A DNA stretch of 64,000 bases from Octopus sinensis (GCF_006345805.1 NC_043010.1:45322001-45386000); one strand, 5' to 3'; shown: positions 37,030 to 50,731, counted from the stretch's first letter. The notes: generated by a model from the sequence alone, not told the origin. Numbers and translations: made by a program.

Positions 37030-37650
37030 AGTAATGTAATAAGAGATTTCGAAAGGAGAGTAACAGGTGGTTAGAGATGAGGGCAGAAGTAAAGGTAGTG
37101 AGTGGTGTGCCTAATATCAATATGGAGAGGTGTGTGAGAGAGATAGAAGTGGCTAAGGAGGAGGGGGCAAGTGGCAGTACAGGAAGAGAGGAGAGCCACA
37201 ATAAAGTAAGCATGTAAATGGAATAGAAAGCAGAGGGATTAGGTAGAGGTGATTTTGAGATGGAAATCTGAGGTACATAAGGATGGCGTTAGTGAGTGTG
37301 GGAACAAGGTGGGTGCAGCATCAGTGGTAGATTGGAGAGGTACTAAAGATCAGTTATGGTAGGCATAAAATGCAGCTCAGAGGACAGGAAGAGCTAACTG
37401 AAGGCAGGAAAAGGGATTGGTTGGTGAAAAATAAGTGTGAAGGGATGACTGTAAGTAGTGAGTGCTTTTGGGGGGGAAGGAGATGAGTGGTAAGCATAAA
37501 AGGGAGATGAAATATGTGCCACTTCTACTAGCTGAGTAGGGTCATAGTTAGAGGTAGAGCTGATAGGAACATGAGATGTGTAGAATATAGCCATAAACAT
37601 GATGCTTTTAGGAATGTGACGGGCATCTCTCCTGCACAATGAATTGCCAA
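37030..37650 (-). mobile_element. Possible very old LINE (CR1/L2/Jockey-like) C-terminal remnant
   Basis: Weak resemblance only: VAHISSPFYAYH and HPFTL versus the LINE C-terminal VASLSLFYRY.H and HPFTV. Confidence 0.25.
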
Positions 37651-37689
37651 TCATATATATATGTGTGTGTGCATATATATATATATATA

Positions 37690-37932
37690 TATAATTATGT
37701 ATAAATTCATATTTATGTATACATATATATATGATTATGTATAAATTCATATTTATGTATACATATATATATAATTATGTATAAATTCATATATATGTCT
37801 ACATATATATAATTATGTATAAATTCATATATATGTCTACATATATATAATTATGTATAAATTCATATATATGTCTACATATATATAATTATGTATAAAT
37901 TCATATATATGTATACATATATATAATTAGGT
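37690..37932. repeat. Minisatellite, ~38-40 bp unit TAATTATGTATAAATTCATATWTATGTMTACATATATA, about six copies
   Basis: Direct reading of the sequence. Confidence 0.9.
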
Positions 37933-37947
37933 ATAAAGATATATATA

Positions 37948-38107
37948 TCATCATCATCATTGTTTAACGTCCGTTTTCCGTGCCAGCACGGGTTGGACGG
38001 TTCGACCGGGGGTCTGGGAAGCCAGGGGCTGCACTAGGCTCCAGTCTGATCTGGCTGTGTTTCTACAGCTGGATGCCTTTCCTAATGCCAACCACTCCGC
38101 GAGTGTA
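37948..38107 (-). mobile_element. 160-bp RTE 3' tail flanked by (TA)n on both sides
   Basis: (CAT)n, TTTAACGTCCGTTTTCC and CTGGATGCCTTTCCTAATGCCAACCACTCC. Confidence 0.9.
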
Positions 38108-38194
38108 TTATATATATATATATATATAAATAATACAAGTTGATGGGTTGTACTTTTTCCCTGATTTTCAATAATTTTAGGTTAGGACTCCTGT

Positions 38195-38330
38195 GAAGGC
38201 ATGTAGCCTTGTGGTTAGGATGTTGCACTCACAATCACCAGATTGTGGGTTTGGTTCCTGGACTGGGTGGCATGTTGTGACCTTGAGTAAAGTACTTCAT
38301 TTCACATTGTTCTAATGCTGTGTGGGGACT
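38195..38330 (+). mobile_element. SINE family D head fragment
   Basis: tRNA-like head followed by GTTGTGACCTTGAGTAAAGTACTTCATTTCACATTG, similar to 40471-40808. Confidence 0.6.
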
Positions 38331-38859
38331 GGCATGTCAAAGAATAGACCCAACATTTCTTCAGCATTTTGTAAAAGGTGAGGAGATGAGGTTGTGGCAG
38401 GATTTGCATGCCAAGCTTGTTAAACCCCTACCAGCAATGACTACCCAAACAGACTCAAGGATTGGAAGGTTGTTGCCTGAGTGGTGCAAAGGTGTCATTT
38501 GCCAAGTGTAGGGAACCACCAACAAATGGTAGATGCAGCAACTTGCTATTACAATACATGTCCCCATATTATTAGTGCTTCTACTACTACTACTACTACT
38601 ACTACTAGTATCCTTCAGGAAATCTTGGGAGGAATGGTGTTTTGAGCTGACTTCTCTGTAGTGTGGTGAGGCAGGAAACAAAAGGTCTCATACAATTCTG
38701 AAAATTATTATCCAAACATGCAGGGATAACATATTTTTAAAACTACCACATTTTGGCTTTAAAAAAAAACAGCTGCTTCAATCTGTTGTGCAATCTGCAA
38801 GGACTGATTGAATATACAGTGTGAATATACTCTGGACCCTACCTGGAAAGAGTCCTACA

Positions 38860-39170
38860 TTAAAATGGGCCAAGATAAAACAATGCCATATGTGTGTTGC
38901 TCAACAATGAAATAGATTTCTGCAGTCTTTGATGGTGTATAAAATCACTTATAGAAAATGTAATGAATTTTACAGTGGGAATACCATTAAAAAGATATAC
39001 ACAGGTTAAAGGACACTTTTATACTAATGCTTCTTTCATCCTAAAACATCTATAGAAATGCCACGCCTAAGACATCCGGGTTGCCATTGAAGCTACAGAA
39101 TGAAACATTGGGAACTTGAGGATAAAAGAAGCAATCTTGAGACCAACCCACGTATTAACAGAACAGAATA
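38860..39170 (+). mobile_element. Penelope-like GIY-YIG pseudogene fragment (a second lineage)
   Basis: One frame from 38884 reads CHMC...MVYKITYRKCNEFYSGNT..RY..VKGH..ILKHL*KCH..IEATE*NIGNLRIKEAI. In-frame stops kept it out of the ORF track. Confidence 0.7.
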
Positions 39171-39399
39171 GCATACAGCTTGTTGGCTACAATCACAGTG
39201 CTATCCTACATTCATAAAGCCACTCTTCATACACACGTACTGCAGAACAGAAGTCTCATAACACCATATCACCAATACTTTTGGGAAGAAGTTGCTAAAA
39301 CCTAGAAATATTGAAATACAAGATAACAGTATGAACCATCAACTTATATTCTTTCTTATAACTTGCATTGCTTGTGTTTTACATAGAAATAGATTAAAC

Positions 39400-39478
39400 A
39401 CACACGCACACGAGTACATATACATACACGACAGACTTCTTTTAGTTTCTGTCTACCAAGTCTACCAATATGACCTTC
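39400..39478 (-). mobile_element. SINE family B middle fragment
   Basis: CGACAGACTTCTTTTAGTTTCTGTCTACCAA. Confidence 0.65.
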
Positions 39479-39959
39479 GTTGGCATGTTTTGTTTAAATA
39501 CTAGAATCTGTGGTTCACCATCCAGGAAAACTCCCTTTTGATACTTAGTGTTAAATACAAAATATACTTCGGAACCAGGTGAATACTATGCAATCAACCA
39601 CACAGAACAAAATCACTAGCCTGAAGTATATACATTTACTGTAAAACATTTCCTAATTTGAGATAGAACTGCACATGTAGCTAGTGGTAGAGTTTAAACA
39701 CATGTATGGATAAATGCATGTGCATATATGCACATACGCGTCAATATATATTTGTACTTATTGTAGGCACATGCATATATATGTTTGTGTAACTGCATAT
39801 TTTCTTATCTTTGCACATACATGTATACATACAAATTAATTCATGTGTGTGTAAATATGTAATATATATATATATATATATATGATAAAACTCTCCTGTC
39901 GTTAGACGACAAATAAAGGGTTGACAATTTTGTACATAACGACATGGATCATTTGTATA

Positions 39960-40139
39960 TCGTGATCAAATATTTGTGTATATATATACATGTATGTATA
40001 TGCATATATGTGTCTATATGTATGTATATGTATGTGTATATATGTATGTATATGTATGTATATGCATACATATATATATACACATATGTATTTATATGTA
40101 TGTATATGCATACATATATACACATATATATGTACATTC

Positions 40140-40170
<31 letters not shown>

Positions 40171-40393
40171 CGTATATACATACATGTATATATATATACA
40201 TGTATATATATATATATATATAAATGTATGTATATATATGAATATATGTATGTGTATATATATATGTATGAATATATGTATGTGTATATATATATGTATG
40301 AATATATGTATGTGTATTTATATATGTATGAATATATGTATGTGTATGTATATGAATATATGTATGTATGTATGAATATGTATGTATGTATAG

Positions 40394-40426
<33 letters not shown>

Positions 40427-40470
40427 TGTATATCTATGTATGTATGTATATATACATATGTATGTATATG
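39960..40470. repeat. (TATG)n/(TA)n array with a ~30-bp higher-order unit containing TATGAATATATG
   Basis: Direct reading of the sequence. Confidence 0.95.
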
Positions 40471-40808
40471 CTGAGACCCCCTTTGGTCATGTCTTACCAT
40501 AGGATTGCACATAGAAAGCTACCCTCCCAGGCACAAGTCCGGGCAAGGTTATTTACGGAAGACCAGCAGTCGCACTTGCATACCGGCCTCCCATCTCCAT
40601 ACTGCCAGTGTTATCCAAGAGAAAAGCAACAGCCGATACAGCTTGGCACCTGTGAAGTCGCAACTAATTTCTAGACCTGACTGAACGAGAGCAATGTGAA
40701 ATAAAGTGTCTTGCTCAAGAACACAACAGGCAGCCCGGTCCGGGAATCAAACTCACAACCTCACAGTTGTAAGCCCGATGCTCTAACCATTGAGCCATGT
40801 GCCGTCAC
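40471..40808 (-). mobile_element. SINE family D, near full length
   Basis: Minus strand has A-box-like TGGCTCAATGG and B-box-like GAGTTTGATTCCC, then GTTCTTGAGCAAGACACTTTATTTCAC. Embedded in (TATG)n. Confidence 0.8.
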
Positions 40809-40915
40809 ATGTATGTATGTATATATATATATATGTATTTGTATACATATATTTGTAAATATATATTTATGTATATATAAATATATATTTATGTATATAT
40901 AAATATATATTTATG

Positions 40916-40946
<31 letters not shown>

Positions 40947-41046
40947 NNNNNNNNNNNNNNNNNNNNNNNNNNNNNNNNNNNNNNNNNNNNNNNNNNNNNN
41001 NNNNNNNNNNNNNNNNNNNNNNNNNNNNNNNNNNNNNNNNNNNNNN
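40947..41046. other. Assembly gap (100 N)
   Basis: Exactly 100 Ns, the usual placeholder for a gap of unknown size. Confidence 0.99.
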
Positions 41047-42941
41047 GTTTTTGCTGCTTGGTTTTCATTTTCAATCTCCGTATTCACTTTCAACTCGCCG
41101 GAATTTAATGCTTCTTTCTAACTTGTGTGTGTGTTTGTTTTTTTTTTTTTTTTTTTTTTTTTCGTATGTTGTAGTGGTACAGGCTCACCGAAAAACTGTG
41201 GTGTGCCTCTGTAGTAAAAAGTATCTTTTCTTTTCTCTTATTTTCTATGATTTCGTTTTTCGTTTCTAATGGTTATTCGCTATTTTTTCTTACATTTTTA
41301 TTTTTCTATTCTACCATTCGTATTTTACATTCGTTCATTTGTTTTTTTTCATTTACTTATTTATTTATTTATTTATTTCGGCAACCCTTCCCTTTTCTTT
41401 CATACGTCTTTTTCGTTTCCCTTTCCTATATTTTTCTCACTCTTTCTCTTGCTGTTTCTTCTCATGATTCTTTTCTTTCTTTTCTACTTTTGTGTCTTTC
41501 TTTTCATACTTCTATCATTCTTCTTTTTTCCTACACGTTTCTCCCTCCCTCCCCCCTCTCTCTCTCATTCTATTTCCCTTAACTCTTTCTGTTTTCCTTT
41601 TTTTTCTACACCTGCTTCTTTCTCTTACATTCTCTTTCACCTTCTAAATTTTCCTTCATCTCTTTTTTCGTAATTCTATTTCTTTTCATATTTTGCGTTC
41701 CAATTCCCAAAAATTAAACTATATTTACCCCTTGCATTTCGATTTTGCCTTCCTTATTGTGTCCAGTTTTTACATTTTCATCTAATTTCTATATTCTTAT
41801 GTTTTTCGATCTCATTTCTTATTACTTTCTCTCATCTGTCTTTCTTCCCATCCCTTCCTTTCACTTACCAAATATTAAACTTTGTTATCGCCCAACTATT
41901 TTTTTTTCTTCTATTATTATTGCTGCTCCTCCTTCCTAATTAGAACGGGACAGATAATTATTCTGGGGCTCGCTATTGTTGTCTGCCATCTATTTCTCTT
42001 CCGTAATTATATTCCTTTTTCCACAACGGTTGGCCCTCCTAAAACCAGTAAGTTTTGTCATATATTGTGTGTATGTGTTTACTTGCTTATAATTTCAGAT
42101 GTTTTACTTAATTTAGTTTAATTCAGTCTTTGAATTTCATCACCAACCCCCTTTAGCTTAGTAAGTGATGTTGGTACTTATAATACTGCTTGTAAGTTAT
42201 CGCCAAATTCACCAAGAAAATTAAATACATCAGATTTTATTGCTCAACCGAATCCAATATGTTTTCAATACATATTGTTCGTTGCTCGCTTTATGCCATT
42301 CAAAACGAGGTTGTCTTGTTTCTTTACTTATTTATTAGACTTTCCATTGTTTCTTCGATTCCTATCTATTTTTCATAACGAAATCTTCCTCCATAGAGCT
42401 GTATCCTCCGCCCAACAAACTCAAGTCTCGTATCTGTGTGTCTATAATTTCTTTTCTACGTAGCAGTAGTATATATAATATATAATATATATATGTATAT
42501 ATATATCTATATATATATATATATATATAATGGTGGTTCTCCAATTTGTTAATGTTAAGAAAGGGGTGGGGGAATCCCCCCTCCCGTGGGTTAATGGATG
42601 GGTGGGGGGGTGTCGGTTTTCGTGTCTTGCATGAACTGGAAACGAAAACCTTTCCATATAGCAGTTGCTTTGCTAACAATCTGCAGATAGCTAGATACTG
42701 TTAGAGTGACTGCTATAAAAGCTCGTGATTTCTGTAAAATGCATATTATTTTTCGGAAATCATAATAAATATTGTGGTGTGTATACTATTTTTAATTATT
42801 TATTTATTTTTGTTTGTTTGTTTTTCTGCATTTCTGTATAAATTTTATGCTAATAATGTTGTATCCACCTAGAAATGTGATGCTATAGAATCCTGAAAAT
42901 ATTTCGCTTTTTCACTGCCCTGGAAAAGAATCACGTGTATC

Positions 42942-42963
42942 ACACACACACACACACACATTC

Positions 42964-43010
<47 letters not shown>

Positions 43011-43012
43011 CT
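42942..43012. repeat. (CA)n followed by (TATC)n microsatellite
   Basis: Direct reading of the sequence. Confidence 0.9.
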
Positions 43013-44136
43013 ATGTTTCTTTGATTTATTGCTTTATTTACCAACTTAATGTTATTGCTGTATTGTTATTCATTTACATTTTGGATTAGGAAAGAACTAT
43101 ATTCATTATATCCTTGTCTTTTTTCTACGAATGTCATTTTACTTCCTTTTTCTGTTAAGCTAATTAGTTGGTCATTCCCTTTTTTTTATTTTTTTTTTAT
43201 TTTTTGTAAAGAAAAACACTTTCATTTTAATAAAATATCCTGTGTGTGAGAGTTTAGAATTGGCGTTGTTGTTGTTGGGGGTGGGTGGGGATCTTGTAGA
43301 TTGTTGGTTACAGTCTGTTAAAAATGTTTCATTGTTTGTCTGCACTGAACTGCTGCCACTGTTTCTAACATGTTCGTCAAGTCTTTGATTCTTCTTTTTC
43401 GCTATCTTTGTACAGCTGAACTGCCACTTCTCATCATCAGCTGGTTTAATTTCCTCACCTCTCTCTCTCTCTTTCTTTCTCGCTCTGTCACACACACACG
43501 CATGGTACACTCGCACGCACGCACTCGTGTCTGCCTTTCTGACGTCCTCCTTTCTCGTTATTAGTATCGTTCTATCTTTGTATCATGCTTCTCGGTCTGT
43601 CTTTCAATCAATACGTATCATACCATTCCTCCCATTCACACATTATATCAATCTCTCTCTCTCTCTCTCTCTCTCTTTCCCCTTGCATCATACTATTGCT
43701 CACTTTGTCAGGGTCTTCCTTTCTCTATTATGCCAGCTCCCTTTTCCACTTTTTATTCCACAATCTCTTATTTCCTATTCTGTATCCTCAATTTTCCACT
43801 CTATATCTTCCTCTTACACTGTAGTATAATTTCTCCCACACCTTCCTAATTCTCCTCTCATTTTCAGTTATTCTCACTCTCTGTCTATTCTCTCTCTCTC
43901 ACTCACTCACTCTCTCTCCGTCTCCTTCCTACTTTTATTCAGTCACTTTTACCTTTTTACTCTGTAAATTTGCCTGTTATCTCCATCAATTTTATTTCTC
44001 TCTTTCTTCTTATCCTCCCCACCACCATCACCACCACTTCATAATCTTTTCGTTTCTTCCTTCCCTTCTCTCCGACTTCTCTTCTCTCTCTCTTTGTTAC
44101 GTACATTTCTTTTCTTCTTTATCTCTTACTCACTCT

Positions 44137-44170
<34 letters not shown>

Positions 44171-44364
44171 ACTTATCAAGTCGATCGATATTAATATAGA
44201 TGTGAGTTCAGATCCTGCGATGGTCAACTTTACCTTTCGCCTAAGACCGACTATACTCCACCTCCACAACAAATATATAAAAATAAAATTGTAGTCTTGC
44301 GTTTGCAGTTGTCTTCGGAGTTGCAGAAGTAGTTGAGATATATAATGTATTGTTTAAGTTTTGT

Positions 44365-44512
44365 TGAGTTCAAATTCCGCCCAGATCGGCTTTACTTTTC
44401 ATTCCTTTCGAGGTCGATAAATTAATTACCAGTGAAACACTGGGGTTGAGGTAATCGACTAGTCCCCCTCACACACACATTTTCAGGCCTTGTGCCCATA
44501 ATAGAAAGGATT
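44365..44512 (+). mobile_element. SINE family A, 5'-truncated, with a third tail type
   Basis: TGAGTTCAAATTCCGCC...CACTGGGGTTGAGGTAATCGAC, then the tail TTCAGGCCTTGTGCCCATAATAGAAAGGATT. Confidence 0.8.
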
Positions 44513-47500
44513 GTTTGAGTTTTGTACCTCTGCTGGTTCGACTTTGCTTTCCTATTTCTATTGTCTACTCCTGAAACAATTGCTACACATATATACTGGA
44601 CTATAATTCAAACAATTCAAGTTGGTGAAAATGTACTGAATGGCATGCACAAAAGGAAGTTTTTTAAGCGATTCAATACCTTTTGGGTAAAGAAAGATGA
44701 CGGAAACCTAGTGGCAATGTTCGTTAGTAGGTCAAAGAAAATAGAGATAATTTCACTTGGGTGAATCTGATATTTGTTAACAGGCAAGGTGATAACTGTG
44801 GACATGTTTTCATTTTATTCGGCATCATCAACAAAGGGGAGTCTTCCCAAGTCTACTTCAATCATTGGACTAAATCCCCCCCCCTCCCCATAAGTTAGAA
44901 AAGTTTGTGCCAGTATAATTACAGTGCGAGAAGGGGAATAACTCAATTGGACCTATAGTACTTTAGTTCAGATTTACTGATTAATGTAAAAAAAAATCTA
45001 AATGAACTGAAATTTGCCTTTTAGCTGAAGAAAGAGTACAAAAGTGGCAATTGTTAATGATCCTCAGAAGAAAAGAGGTGGGGATAATTTCAAGAAATTT
45101 CCACAGAAAATTGAATTCTCGTGCTTAAAGAAAAATTTGATCTTTATGAAATTAGATGCATTTGAAGGAAATTATTGATATTTTTATGCTAGTCAGGAAG
45201 AAGGGACTAAACTCATGGCTTTTGCAGGCTCTCTAAACAACTGGGGAGACTGCTATGGCTGATGTCCAACCTGAATGTCGGCAAGGAAAATGTGGGATAG
45301 GTGGTAGCCAGGTTTCTTGTTTGAATGTTTGCAAACATGGTTGTAATTCACTGAAGGCACCCAAGTACCAGCCAATGTTAGGCACATTTAATGCTTCTAA
45401 TTAGTCCTTTTCACTTAAGGGATTTGGGTGGTTTTTGTTTTTTTTGTTTTTCATCAATTTTATTTAAACAGCTTAAAGAATCTTTTGTCTTTGCATCAAA
45501 GTTCTGTTGTTATATACTTATTGAGGTAGGATATATGTGGGATTATTTGCAGTATTCTTTCTCTTCATTGCTGTTTTATGCGCTTTACTTTTCCACTTAT
45601 TTTTTACTGATCTCTTGTATTGTAATTCAATAATCCCTTTCCCAGTTCACCTCCACCAGCATTGTCTCTAAGCGGATTGATAAGAGAGGGTCCTCATTTA
45701 AATTCTTTTTTTTTCTAAACTCTCTCAATATGGGAGTCTAAATAACTTGACTTTATAGCTATTGCAAAGCCAGGTAGATCTATCTTTTCTCTATATTCAA
45801 AAGCGTTAAATATATTGTTCTAATCTTCAGTTTTGATTAAGCTTTCATCTTTCATTATTTTTTTTCTGGTTTTATTAAAGAGATAACATTGATATATTAA
45901 ACATATTTTAAGATTTGTGCCATCTTGATTTTTTGCAGTGCTAAAAGTTGTGGATCCTTTCAGTCCTATTCTCCCTCTCTTTATGGACTTAATTTGACTT
46001 TTCACTATTTCCAATAACATCTTATCTTATTTGATGATATATGTTTTATTATATTTGATGATGTATATTTTAAATTACCTCTTCTATTACTTATCAATTG
46101 TAAAGTAAGAGTTTATTGCCTGCCTGGTGAACTAAAGAAACAGAATTATTCACCTTCCTCAAGGGCATAACACAGTAACAAAGTTTGAACTTGGGACAAT
46201 GTACTCAAAGATTTTTTTAAAAAAACAAAAAAAACTTAAATTTTTGGTCTTTTTACAAAAAGAATTGCATTTTTTTTTGTTAATTCAGTTTAGCAGAAAG
46301 GTTTGTCTGTAGGAAGAATTTATTTACATTCTCAGAATTAGGTAAATAACAATAAAAGTACACAGTGTCATTGATTGTTACTAGAGAGTATACATATAAA
46401 ACAGAGATGTGTCCTTTTTTTGTGTTTTTTATTTTGTTTGTCTAATGAATTCATCCTACTCCTCTAGCTCAGATATTGTAAAAGTCAATCTCTTAATCCT
46501 CTCATTTTTGCCTTGATCTATTTTGGGACTGTAGAGTACTAAAATGCAGTATACTTTTACATTTATTTTGTTTCCAAGCTGCTTATCCTCTGTAGCTAGT
46601 CGTTTAGAGCAATGAACAAAACTGCACAAAGTTAGAAAATTGGACATCCGTGTATAAGTGTAATTTAATGGAGCGGATATAATAGATTGCATGCATTTTG
46701 GAAAATTTATTTATTTACATTTATCTAGCAAAATTAACTCTGAATCGTATTAGTGTGCTGTGAAGAAGAAATATCTACATAAATACTTCTTTCATTGTAT
46801 TGACACTGATCACTACTAGTCTCATAAATTCATTGATATCATTTTCTTTTTGTCTGTTTGTCTTCACACAGAGGTGTATACATAAATGTGTATACATGAG
46901 TCCAAATGTTTTATACTGTAAATTTTTTTTATACTTGGTCTAATACTAATTTCTATGTGAATATATTGATGAAATCAAACCCATGCATATTGGAGCTATT
47001 TATTTTTATAGATATCAGATATTAGTTGAAGTTTTCTCAAGTGTGAACCAGTGATTAGAATTAGAAACCTATATCAGAAATGCATGCAAAAAAAAAATAG
47101 AATATAATGAAATAACACTGTTGGTGACACCATTTAACTCTGATCTTGTTCTCTATTCTAATGATGGTGTGCAATCAAACCAGCTGGAGCCTCCATACAT
47201 CTGAAGGCAACATGTTGATGATAAATGTGAGTGTATGTTAACTCCAGTAGGATTTGAACATAAAATAATCAGCTACTGCAGTAGATGAACCAGACAAAAA
47301 TTTTACAGTTTCATAAATTTACCTTCAAACTATAATTAAATGTAATATGTCTTTTTTTTTTTTTTTGCGCCCTTTTCAAGCCTAGCCAGGCTCATGGGCC
47401 TGGTTTCCTTGTTTCTATGGCGTATGTATTCCCCCCAACTGGATGGGATGCTAGTCCATCACAATATGTCTTATAGTGGTTTTGCTCTTGTCTTCTTCTT

Positions 47501-48699
47501 GTCTTGAGACAGCATTCACCTGGGGTGGGTTGAGCTGGCTTCATTCATCCTCAATACTGCATCTCTCACTGGCTTCATTCATCCTCAATGCTGCATCTCT
47601 CACTCTTGCTCTTGGCAACAATGGGGAGAAGCATAGAGGTTGCCTATTGAGAAATTTAAGTGTGATAGTGAGAGCCTATTAGTGAAACTAACAACAAGGT
47701 GTAGAAGTCAGTACAAGAATGGTTAGTAAAAGCAGTAAAAGTACCAGGTCTTTCAGGCATTGTTGCATATATGGTAAAAGCAGGTTGAAATCTAAGTATA
47801 AAAGAAATGCACTAAGGAGTGAAAAACACATTGGCTGATGAGTCCTGAAAATGGTGGTACCAGAGTAAAGTTATTACATGAGAGTTGAAAACAGTGTATG
47901 TTGGGTTTGTAATTAGGAAGCCATGTATATCTAGTGTGTTATGGTGACCATTGCAAAGCTGAAATCAGACAACTCAGCATTTTAAATTTTGATCTAGAGA
48001 AAAATCTTTGGCAATGTTCTAGTGTTGAGAAAATGAGATGAAGATTGATTTGTTTAGCTCCAGGTCAGTCTTCAAGTTCACCTGTGGTGAAAGGCGTTTC
48101 AACCAATTTCTATGAAGTCATTTCCTAAGCATTGTATAGTTAGGCATATATCAACTAATATATCTTTTTTTTTATTATTCTTTTTTAGATTGTGGGGTCT
48201 ATTTAAGGGAGCTCTGGCTACTATTTATAGCAATTTGAGTGATCACATAGATGTTGTTGGCTTGGTTCATAGGCAGGGTTCAGCCTATCAATATGCTGTC
48301 AACAAGATCACAACAGTAGATCAGTAAAGAATTTAACATACTGGTAGGTGTTTCCCCTGAAGTCTTCCCTTGTGTTTCTTCTCTTCATTCTTTCTTTTGA
48401 GATGGTTACATAAGAATTAGGACTGTGAGATGTGTTATATGCTAATTAATTGATTCTCATTGCTAATTTTATTATGGAAAGTTTTAAATCTGGAAAGGTG
48501 ATCTAATCAAAAGGTCAACTGTGCAAATGTTACAAAAGCTAGTATTATCTGGGAACAGGTTTCATTCATAATATAGAAAATAATTTGGAGGAAATTCAAT
48601 AATGTACCCCATACAGATTGGATCCAGGTTCTTTTTTTTTTTTTCAGTCATGAGTATTCAATTGTTTATTCACTAGCAGTACCTGTACATAGAATAAGT

Positions 48700-48757
<58 letters not shown>

Positions 48758-48834
48758 TTAAATGTTATCCTTAAGCAGAATCAGTATAGCACAGTGTTTT
48801 ACCAGGCTCCACTTTGGAATTACACGTACAATCC

Positions 48835-48975
48835 ATCTGGTTGGCTCCTGAACAGTTTCCATCTACCCAATTTCATTCAAATGCTTAGGTTGATTCATGG
48901 TTGTAGTAAAAGATATTTGCCCTAGGTTCCATAGAGTGGGATTGAACCCTGGATCTCATGTTTGTGATGCAAACT
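48835..48975 (-). mobile_element. Highly decayed SINE family B 5' fragment
   Basis: CAGTTTCCATCTACCCAATTTCA...GTGGGATTGAACCC. Confidence 0.55.
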
Positions 48976-49880
48976 TAACACTACTTCAGCTTATACTGTA
49001 CTCCAACAAACAGATATATCAAAATAATGTGTATTAGATGTTTGCAGCTGATTACTAGTGGTTAAGCAGTTAGGTAAATCCATGATGTGGTCAAATGGCT
49101 CGCTTGAAGTAGTAGTTTCTACTACTTAGCCATGATTATTAGTACTGGAAGTGGTTTTAATAACAGTAACTAAAAAGAATTGGAAGAAGTTGATGACAAA
49201 TGATCTTCCTCCTTCTTCAGATTTTATGAAGCATACCTGTAAACTATGATGGTTCTGGGGGCAATCTGGATATGAATAAACTCTGAAGGTAGTTAGCTAT
49301 CAAGCGATTCGTGATGGTTGGATAGCAATGTTACTTAAATTTTATGTAAGATTTATCAGAGCTTATGATTGTTATAACTGGATGTCTAGACTAGATAGCT
49401 TCTTTTAAGATCAGCGAATCTTGAAGTGTAAATAATAACATGTAAATATTAGGGTGATGCTATCATTTATAGCTTTGTGTGCTTCAAGATCCAGTGTTCC
49501 AAAAAAAAAAGGACATTTTGCATTATCTTGAAAGTGCATAAATAAGTTATAAATTTCATAAATACATATAAAGTTATATTGTTTTATTAATTTAGTGATT
49601 TATTAGTTGTAAAAGAAGACACAGAGGGAAAATAATAAGATTAGTCTTGAGGACGAAATAGGGAAAAAGTAAGATTTAGAGGGAAATAATAAGATAAGTT
49701 TTGATGTGTCATACTTGGAGACTCAATCAGCTCATGGCTACAAAATAAATAAAATGGTCATTAAAGGGAAGGCGATGATGGTTTGGTGTGTCATGCAGAG
49801 TAGTCGTTCAGTCTTACTTATCAGACTCTCCTGCTCTAAATATAAACTTTGCATCAACTTAGGAAGCATATTGTGATATC

Positions 49881-50364
49881 TCTTAGCTTTTCACTTGTTT
49901 TACTCATTTGACTGTGGCCATGCTGGGGTACCATCTTGAAAAATTTTGGTCAAACAAATCAAAGCCTAGTACTTATTCAGTCCGTTTCCTTTTTCCAAAC
50001 TGCTAAGTTACAGGGACATAAACACACCAAACCTGGTTGTCAAGCAGCGATGAGGGAAAAATGTGGATACAAAAACACAGACATATATATATACACACAC
50101 ACACATGCATACACATCAAATAAAGAAATTCTACCAATGCAGTGTTGAGCACTCATTTTCATCATTTGACATTTATGTATATATATATATATATAAATGT
50201 GACAGGCTTCTTTCAGTCTCTGTGTCTACCAAATCCACTCACAAGGGGTTTGGTTGTCCCAAGGCTGTAGTAGAAGACACTTGTCTAAGGTGCTACACAG
50301 TAGGATGGAACCCAAAACCATATGATTAGGAAACAAACTTATTACCACAGCCACACCTACGCCT
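49881..50364 (-). mobile_element. SINE family B, diverged, with an internal insertion
   Basis: Tail, body and head (CACAGCCACACCTACGCC) are all recognisable in reverse complement. Confidence 0.85.
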
Positions 50365-50731
50365 ATAGCCATGCAATGTTTTGTTTTATTTTTTCATATT
50401 CTGCTTTCCTTTTCTGTAACAAAATCATTAGTCTTGATAACAATATTTTGTGTGTATTCTTTTATATATATTGAATGGAAAATATTTATGATGAGAAACC
50501 TTCTAGATTAACTTTTAAATAGAAATATTTCATCAATGTTTGAAAAACTCAATTTAGTTTATAAACTTCATAAAATAAGTAGAGGTGAATTCTGATGTTT
50601 TAGGCAAAGCCTTTCAATCAGCTTTTCTAATTTTCATTGATTTTTTTTTCTTGCTAAAGGAGTGCATCAATAGTTTTTTTGGGTTTCACTTTTTTCCCCT
50701 TTTTTTGTTAGTTTCTGTTGGTGTTTAGTTT

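Noticed and set aside
38575-38670. Possible R4/Dong C-terminus with a (TAG)n tail on the minus strand
   Set aside because: The similarity is too weak to support by eye.
41944-42047. Possible exon with an open hydrophobic frame and a GTAAGT donor
   Set aside because: Such signals are common in this pyrimidine-rich block and nothing independent supports it.
43172-43516. 114-aa minus ORF that looks partly protein-like
   Set aside because: It starts in simple repeats, has no recognisable domain, and has no clear exon boundaries.
47825-47910. CTGATGAGTCC hammerhead-like start
   Set aside because: Stem II does not close before a GAAA, and no stem III/NUH geometry can be built.
49107-49130. Perfect 9-bp hairpin AAGTAGTAG-TTT-CTACTACTT
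   Set aside because: Low-complexity and expected by chance; no associated feature.
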